A DNA stretch of 64,000 nucleotides from Lingula anatina (Eukaryota > Animalia > Brachiopoda). The notes beneath the pieces are model-generated. The model was not told the DNA's origin. It searched no databases and saw only the letters and a list, made by a program, of their open reading frames with translations. Positions 56,001 to 64,000 of this stretch are shown here, piece after piece; position 1 is the stretch's first letter, and each line of letters begins with the position of its first letter. The position numbers and the translations under genes are program-made. The stretch spans positions 17,484,001 to 17,548,000 of the forward strand of contig CM120646.1 in NCBI GenBank assembly GCA_051362555.1, read 5' to 3'.

Positions 56001-58957
56001 AAAGTGCAAGTAAGCTTGTCCAGTAAAAATCTGTATAACATTCTGTTCCTGGCCACTAGTTCTGCTGAAAGTTTCTAATGTGACAGATTCTGCTGTTCCA
56101 AAGGACCTAAATATATAGAATTTAAAATTTTGGGCAAAGACTCAGACATATCTCTTGCATTACTTTACAAAGAGAGAGAGAGAGAGAGGTGGAGAGGAAA
56201 AAAAGAGAGAGGGGAAGAGAGGAGGGAGAGGAATGTGTGTGCTCATACAGGTTCCTTACCCCCAAAACCTTTCTTTCCTATCCTCACTCGTAAATGCACA
56301 GGTGTTCCAAGCTCTAAAATATTTGGGAGAGCTTTTGCATCTGGCAAAGTTTCTCTGTTTTTGGTCCCTGCTATTGTGTCCATTACGACCTCTGGCTTAA
56401 GATCAATAGGGTGGCCTGTTGATAGGCTAAAATATACTTTCTTCATTAAGTTGTCTGTAAATTAGTAAGACTGATGGTACCAAACATGACAATTCTTTTT
56501 TTTCTTATTTTTTATTATTTTTATTGCTAAACCACATAATTAGCAAAAGCATCTGAGCACGTATTGATACAATTGCCTAAAGTAACTTAGATCGAAACAT
56601 TTTATAAAGGGTTTCCTCAGCTAAATAATAATTTGCAAAAAGCTTTTAGACTGAAACAGTAGTGCTAGTTTAATGTTAGATACTGGCAATCGATTGTCCA
56701 ACCTCAGCAGTCTCTGGTTTGCCAAATGATTTGTGAAACAAATAATTGCCCAAACTTATTTTTTTTTGTAGATTAAAAAGCCACTCCATGGGATTTCCCT
56801 ACCCAAATGAAATTTCAGAGGTTCTCTTCACGTATCTGGGCATACTTTGTTTGGTTATGATCTTCTCAGCCATTTCCAGCATGCAACATGCTATTATACA
56901 TGGTGAAGGGTTGCAATACAAAACACCCCACCATTTTTTTGTGTGAAAACGAGACAGTGCGTGTGATATTAGAGATGATGTTAATTTGACTGTCAGTCAT
57001 TAAAAATGAAACAAAACATGGAATCTAAGTATAAGGGTGGGTCAAGCAACAATTTGTGAGTAGTAAAAATTGCTCTTCACTCTAGGAAAATTCTGTTTGG
57101 TGGGAAAATGTGGGTCAAGCAACAATTTGTGAGTAGTAAAAATTGCTCTTCACTCTAGGAAAATTCTGTTTGGTGGGAAAATGTCCTGGTGGGGCACTTT
57201 AAGCTTAGTATCTCGGTCTAAACAGAAACTACAGTGTAAATTACCTCAGTTGACAAAATGTCAACCCATAGCACTGTTGAATGTGCTGCGGTTTCAAATG
57301 ACTTACTTCCATGGCTGAAGTCCTACATCCAGAGTTGTATTAGTGGCATATTCTTGATATCCACAGTCTATGGTGAAAACTGTGTCTTCTGCTTTACGGA
57401 TGTATGGATGATGTACAGCAAAAACAACAATAGGCCCACTCTCCTGTAAAAACAATAGTTTACATAACTATTAATAAGTTTGTAAAGATTCATTTTTTGT
57501 GAAGAAAATGTATACGTAACTTGATAAATACTCTGTAAAAATTTTACAGGGTCCAATACACATGTATGATTTTTTCCTGTTTTGTTTCAGAGGAATTAAT
57601 TACCAAAATACCTTACTGATCTTTAGAGTGTCTTTCTCCTAATTTAAAAAATTCATACTCAAATTTTGACCAGACAAGATATAAAGTGATTCTTTTTAGT
57701 TTTTTACAAGAACAAATCACAATGTAAATGCAGAAACACAAAGCTTACAGAAATACCACATGGATTTCTCGAGGTCACTTCCACCATAAGTTCCAAGTAT
57801 CCATCTTGGTTTGCACTGTCATCATAGCAACTTCTAGTGTTTTCGGCATCTTTTATATAAATTTTGCTCCATGAAGCAGTTAGGTAATTTGAATGTCTTG
57901 AACGAATATAGAATATCCTCCTGTTTGCATCCAGGATACACTGGTAATCCGCTAAAATGATTGATTCTTAATCATTGGTTATCACAAACAAATTTCAAAT
58001 GCAGGGGTGGACAGAAGCTGTTTTCTGGGTCTTACGGAAGGCAGTCAGAATTTTTTAAGTTTACATTGATGGGCAACTATTTTTTTCTGTCAGAAGACAG
58101 TCAAATGGAGGTTGGATCAACAAAGATAAGTTGGAAGACTATTAGAAAATACCTCTGGATCTCCTAAAGTACCAGTTACTTCAAACATTTCATTATAATT
58201 TCAAAATTTAATCTCAAAAATCAAACTTTCATCTTGAAACCAACACAATGCTCTGGACTGTCAGATCATCTTGATTAAGAAAAATGGAGAAAATAATTTT
58301 TTTTTTTGTCAAATATTTTGAGCATAATAATCAAATGCAAAAAAAGACTAACAGTTGGGAAAAGCCAGTTAAAAATAAAACAATTAGAAAACAACATTAC
58401 CTGTTTCAGCAACAGCCGCACCAATGAATAAAAGCTGATAAACAGAAACAATATTTATCTTTATAAAACCACTACATTTCTGTGCTGAATGATATTGATA
58501 TATGACACATTAACTTCATAGTAATCTAAAACACAGTTCATTTGGACAGCAAACATCGTGCCTTATACTAATCTCACATTTTGAAAAGGAAAAGTACATC
58601 TGCATTAAGATTTACCATAAGGTAAAGGGTGTAATATCTGGCAGATTATGACCGCACTAATAGTAATATAAAGACCCCAAGACATAAATGTAAACGTTTT
58701 AATTTACATTTGATTTATACATGCATCGATCCAGCCATTCAAAATATTGTATAAGTATGATAGTATTAGTACCAAGGCCGAAAACTGTGACAAAGTCCCT
58801 CTTGGCTTTAATTTTACCGTCACGGTCTTAGTGTGATAATTGTCCTAGTGCGGTCTGTTTGTCCGGTAGTCCTCTTTGGTAGATCCCAAATTATGAACGT
58901 TTGCTTTCAATCAGCTGATTACAAAAAGCAACAACTTACCACCAGCAGCGGTGCCAT
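48093..58957 (-). CDS. Adhesion GPCR (ADGRG2/4/6-like 7TM) with N-terminal ZP module: SP-ZP-furin-EHP-HormR-GAIN/GPS-7TM; exons 58957-58940, 58434-58401, 57951-57749, 57443-57307, 56426-56260, 55790-55706, 55125-54942, 54682-54556, 54378-54234, 53867-53758, 53511-53283, 52821-52644, 52317-52159, 51816-51646, 51372-51220, 50898-50771, 50428-50311, 50003-49859, 49554-49473, 48881-48472, 48157-48093
   Basis: Signal [15 protein letters not shown]. HormR-like [18 protein letters not shown]...LPC...ATRTC...[18 protein letters not shown]...GGWSNYGC...ECHCNHL|TNFALLV. Class B2 7TM motifs [41 protein letters not shown]. The last exon is tentative; AATAAA lies at ~47990. Confidence 0.88.
49170..49394. 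mobile_element. Degenerate foldback element in aGPCR intron
   Basis: ttcccacagat...cactaaattgctgtcagctt is inverted relative to aagctgacagcaatctagtg...atctgtgggaa. Confidence 0.55.
57037..57184. repeat. Perfect 73-bp tandem duplication (intronic)
   Basis: gtgggtcaagcaacaatttgtgag...ggtgggaaaat starts at 57037 and again at 57110. Confidence 0.95.
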
Positions 58958-59652
58958 CACCACTTCCTGGCTTCAAATCTGCCGCTGAACTCCTTCCGAT
59001 CGAGTTTCCGCTCTCACCACGTGACACGGATAGAGGGTGGTGATTGGAGTTTCGAGACGCGAGAACTATCTCGCTTATTACTCTGACCACAGGGGTCGCA
59101 ACTACAGTAGTCTGGTACCAGTAATTGATAGGGCAATTAACGTGCAGTACAACTAGTTTCGTTTGAAACATCAACAATATAGCTACAATATAGTTACACA
59201 ATTACAAAAGAAGTTGAAAAAATGAAAAAATCATAGATCGCGGTTGAGACCGTCTGCACTTTTTCATTTTTGCTTATTTATTTATCGTTTTGCTTTAAAT
59301 TATTTATATCTTGCTCTTTCTTCATCTTCCCTCCATCTGCAAACAACGAAATGTACGACACACAGCTAACAGAAATGTGGTCACATGAATTAATTTTTGA
59401 AATTTAAAAATAATATCATCGATCATGACAACACCTCCCAAGCTTTTTCTCCCCCCCCCCCCCCCCAAGTTCTGTACCGCTCGACTTAACGGAGTCACGT
59501 GATGACAGCCTCCCCACAATCCCACTGTATATGATTTGGCGTCAGATACGAAGATAGTCAAGCTGGTCGGTCTTGACAATATTTAACCCATAGCTCTTCA
59601 GTTGTGGTCGTTTATGACCCTACTCAGAAACGAGTTTAAAAAAGTGCGCACC
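58958..59652. promoter_or_regulatory. Putative bidirectional promoter between the ZP-aGPCR and ZP-D
   Basis: Divergent start codons only ~700 bp apart. The region is locally CpG-richer and contains GTCACGTGA (E-box/CRE-like). Confidence 0.55.
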
Positions 59653-62600
59653 ATGTCAACCGTCTTTATTGCAAAGGCTATAATTTTGCTGGGGGTAAGT
59701 GTAAAGCGATAGTGGACTGCGTCAAAAATATGACTCTCGTTTGGTTGTGCACTGTAGGTTTTCTGTGCGCACCGAGTCTACTTTAACTCGTAATAATTCT
59801 ACTCGTCAATATTTCCTCGACCTGTCCCTGCACTTAAGTTCATTATTTGAATTTGTACCATTTTTAATTAACAGGCACAAGTCCTGTTATTGGGGTTTAA
59901 AAGAACCTCAGAGGTTCCCTCTGATTCAAAATTCTATTGCATTTCTCAAGATTGGTCAACAAAGGTGGTCAAAAGGTCCACTTTTAAGAATAACTCTCTT
60001 TAAATAAACTGGCTTCAGGCATCAGTAACTTAAATGCTTGTGTAATACTGGTAACAGTACCAGTAATTCTTAGTGGATAATGTTTAATTTCTACTGCCAT
60101 GCCATCCTGGCACATCAGGAGAAAATACTGACATTTTAAGATGCATGTAGCAGTAATATACCCGTTGTTATACACTGAAGAAATAAATACTTACATGTGT
60201 TTAATTTTGTTCGTTTTGCTGGATAAAAATTCTGTTTCTTATGCTATATCTCAATGTTTTTCAGAGCATTGCTGTATCAGCATCCCAGAACCTAACAGGT
60301 GCAGTATGTTTGTTTTTTTCACAGTCAACTTTATGAACCCTAAGTTTAATTAAATTAATTTCCCTGAATGTCAACATTTTATACTTTATCACAAGGTAAA
60401 CCATATCCCCAATTGTTGACAAAATTACTATCTACAGTATACTTGCTTTGGGGCCTGAATTTCCCCTTTTTTACTCATTAGATTGGTAAGGTTATGGTGA
60501 ATTTCACCCTTAATGGCAAACAAAAATTTAGAACTCAAAAACACAGGGAATTGTTAAATGCCATTTAACTCATTTGAACCAAGTTTTTTGCTTCATACAT
60601 AGAAATTTGAGAGGAATGTGTAACATTAAACAAATTATATACAAATACAAGTAGGCTTGATAATAGCCACATGGTAAAAAATTATAGTGAATTTTAATTC
60701 AAACCTCTGGACCCTGTTTTACCCAAGAACTCAAAACACAAGTTGTTCATAACTTCAACATATATTCATTCAAATGGATTTCTACCAGTAATGATTAAAG
60801 GGATAATAACTGTTTGCATGAGTTCTGTATGTCACAATAAAAACATTGTGAACAACTCATAGAAATATAATATATTCTGTTTTACCACAAAAACAGCAGT
60901 TATAGCTATTATTCTGATACCTGAGCTTGTCTTTAGACCACGTGACCTCCAAAGATGGCTATACTCTGTTATAATCTCTTAAGAGATTATAACAAAAAAA
61001 AAAAAAAAACTTTTTAGAAAAAAAAACAGGGACTAACTTTGAATGTAAAACTGGATTCATTAACCATTGGTAAGTATGGGAAAATTGTTGTTTACTCCAG
61101 GGAAATTCATTTTTTGGCCAAAACGAAGAGTTATTATCCCTTTAATGATGTGTCAAGGTGAGGTAAGAAGTGGAAAATTTAACTTTCATTTTGTGACCCC
61201 AGCACTTGTTGGATGAATGTCTGCACATGCACTGTTAGTCCTGCCTTAATATTTTCAAATTTTCAGCATCATACATGTGTTACCAAGAAGATGGCTCCAA
61301 GTTTTTTTATTTGCGTGTTAGTAATGAGCGCCATGATCAGTGGAGCAAAGTGTATGTCGATGGTGCTGAACAAAGTCCTGGTTGCCATGCCAACACCAGC
61401 TTTCCTGAAAATCAGACAGTTGATGGTGGATCAGGAATACAAGTAGAACATTCATCATCCTCTTTCCTAGAGCTGAGAATTAACATTACTTCACAGAATA
61501 ACTGTAATCTGACAGTAGGTTTTGTCTTTTGTTATTCTGATTTAACGGATCTCGGATGTTTTCGTCTTTTTTTCATTAAAATGTCATAGAGGTAAAGGGG
61601 CCAAATAATTTGTCAGTGTGAAAAATATGAGTGGTAAAATAAAGATAATCTTTTGCCTTGAATTCTTATGTGAAATTTGTACCCTATCACCTTTCATACC
61701 ATTACTATTATTGTAATGTAAATCCAGATTCTGCAAAAAATCCTAGTTTTAATGTACCTGCATTTTACAAAAAAAAATTTTAATGAACTATGGTCAGTGG
61801 TTTTAAGAAGTCCAAAACATGTTTAACCAATTATAAGAGAACTATTTGGTCGACAATCCTCATACAGTAGGGAGATTGTAAAATTGTTCTTCCATTTTAA
61901 TATATTTTTGTTTCATTAATTAAAAATTATATCATATTTCTATATTACTTATTTAGGAGGAATCTAATATCATTGTTTATGCCAGAAAAGACCAACAGAT
62001 CAACACAGAGAGGGACTATGTTTTCTTCATAAGTAGTTCTGACTGTACATATGAGGAGTATCTTTCTGAAGTTTCTGTGGAGGTCCAGAGTATTCCAGCA
62101 TTGTAAGTAAACAGGGCACCTCAGCATTCCTGCTTGTAGTATGTTGTATAGCACATGGCATTTGTTTTTGTACTTTTAAAATATCTTCCTTATGAAATAA
62201 GAGAAAAAGCCGTGTACATATTTCATGTTCTCGTGGTTCTGGCACTATGAACATATTCATGAAGTTCAACATTTCCCATGGTGCATTCAATATATAGTTC
62301 CATGGTACCATCAAAACTAGACAACGTGAACACAATATTTTTATGGTTCGAAAAATATTACCTTGGTACATTCAATATAATTCGAGTGAGGTGCACTCAA
62401 TATATCAAAATACTTGGCGATTACATCTTTTTTCAAATTAAAAAATAATATACCTGTTTATATATGTATAATGGACATAATTCAAAAACTTATAAACAGT
62501 TTATTACTTATTATATTAAGTATTTTGTTTTTATATATTCATGAACATGCAGATTCTAATCTTATAATTTATTGTATTTTTATTTGTTCATGTTCCCTTT

Positions 62601-62655
62601 ATCAATTTATTTCATTTATTGATTGATTTATTCCGACACTAACTTAGTTAGTCTC

Positions 62656-62693
<38 letters not shown>

Positions 62694-64000
62694 TAATAAT
62701 AATATCTGTATCAGTGCCATAAAAGGAAGGGCAGTGCAGCATGACTTTCAGCCCAGAATGCAGATAGTGCCAGGGAACATAACGGCAAGTGATGTACTTA
62801 ATTCAGTGGAGTGGGGGAATATCAGCACCCCTGGTCCTCTCCATATTGGGACACCTGTCTGTCTCTTGATACAAGGAAGTCAGATGGGAGGTTTGATATT
62901 TTTCTGTCCTTTTGATATGTAAAACATCAGAGGAAAGGAAATGTTTGATATCTTGATTTAAGTTTGTTTTGTAATCTTTTCAGGAATAATTATTAAGACC
63001 CTATTAAGCCTCTACCAGGGTCTCAGATTGATTTTTCACCAGATACTGAAAGAATAAGTGGCTAACTCATGACACGCTCCTCTCCACGGGCTAAAGAAAA
63101 ATGCACATATTATTTTTCCGTTGTTCTGGTAGAGGGAAGCCATCATTCAACATTCATATCCATTTCTCAATATCTTCATTATATGGCTGATATCAATGAC
63201 CATGCAGTAGAGGACACACAAAAACATTTGGGTGCCATCATTCTATAGACCCCTTTTTGTCCCTGTTGATCAGTTTTATATATTCATTCCAACTGATTAC
63301 ATTTGATAATATGAAGATGGCTGTAGGGTGTTTGATCTATAATAAAGAATTCATTATTCTCTGTATAAATTTGCCAAAGGATTCCAAGCACTGAGGGTTC
63401 GTTCCTGCATTGTACAACCAAGCAACAATGACTCTTCTCTACAAATTTCTATGCTGTCAGATTAGTAAGTAGAGTACACAAATATGATGTTTTTATCCAG
63501 ACTTGAAATAAGACTTAATAAATGACCTGTAGTAATGTTGATTAAAAAATTTTGAAAAGTCAGTTGGCTCTATGTCAGAAGGTACAATTTTGAGTAACAA
63601 AAAATGATAAATCTCCAATTTAAAGTAAGACAAGTGAGAAATTTTAATTGATTACTGCACATTTTATAGCATGCCTTTATTTTTTAAAAATCAATTTCTG
63701 TAAAATATTACAGTTGTGGAACTGGCAGAGGAAAACCATCGCCAGAGAAATGGTCAGAGTTCAGTGGTTTTATTGGAGCCGCGGCCTCTCCTGGGGAGTT
63801 TTCTGCAGTGTCACCACCTTTCCAGCTGTTTTCATTCAGAGGTGGCAATACCAGTGTGTATTTTATGTGTACAGTGACATTCTGCCAGTCTGCCACCAAC
63901 AACCGCTGTTTTCATATGGTAATTATAATTGTTTATTAGCCCTTAATCGCATATATGAATTTTTTTCTCCTCAATTTTCATATTTTTATTGTAGATAACC
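59653..64000 (+). CDS. ZP-module gene ZP-D, 5' part, truncated by window end; exons 59653-59694, 60265-60298, 61267-61514, 61957-62102, 62715-62890, 63380-63464, 63714-63918, 63995->
   Basis: Signal MSTVFIAKAIILLGSIAVSA. ZP-N ASYMC...FYLR...WSKVY...LEL...TSQNNC. ZP-C RVRSCIVQ...LSDYCGT...SPPFQLFSFRGGNTSVYFMCTVTFC. Closest in sequence to the aGPCR ZP module, with the same intron phases. Confidence 0.85.
63009..63136. mobile_element. Copy of small MITE family (see 41260-41391)
   Basis: cctctaccagggtctcagattgatttttcac ... ctggtagaggg. Confidence 0.65.

Noticed and set aside
57037-57184. Direct repeats considered as a CRISPR-like array
   Set aside because: A simple two-copy tandem duplication with no spacers, in a eukaryotic intron.

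Overview
AT-rich, intron-containing eukaryotic DNA from an invertebrate. The ZP style suggests a mollusc or other lophotrochozoan, but that is inference. Most ORF-track entries are spurious, so genes were rebuilt by hand from GT-AG exons. Left to right: the 3' end of a PDE9-type cGMP phosphodiesterase (+); ZP-domain membrane protein ZP-A (+, 7644-12331); a mosaic CUB3-TSP1-CUB-LDLa trypsin-like protease (-, 13816-~22960); a repeat-rich ~10 kb intergenic stretch; paralog ZP-B (+, 37634-45321); an adhesion GPCR (-, 48093-58957); and a fourth ZP gene, head-to-head with the receptor, running off the window end (+, 59653->64000). The key observation is that the adhesion GPCR begins with a complete ZP module (ZP-N, ZP-C, furin site, EHP-like strand) fused to HormR-GAIN/GPS-7TM. 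Its first eight introns have the same phases as those of the neighbouring stand-alone ZP genes. This points to local exon shuffling that created a ZP-tethered receptor inside a ZP/protease cluster. Several MITE families, a LINE RT fragment, a tRNA-like element and a template-switch foldback are also present.
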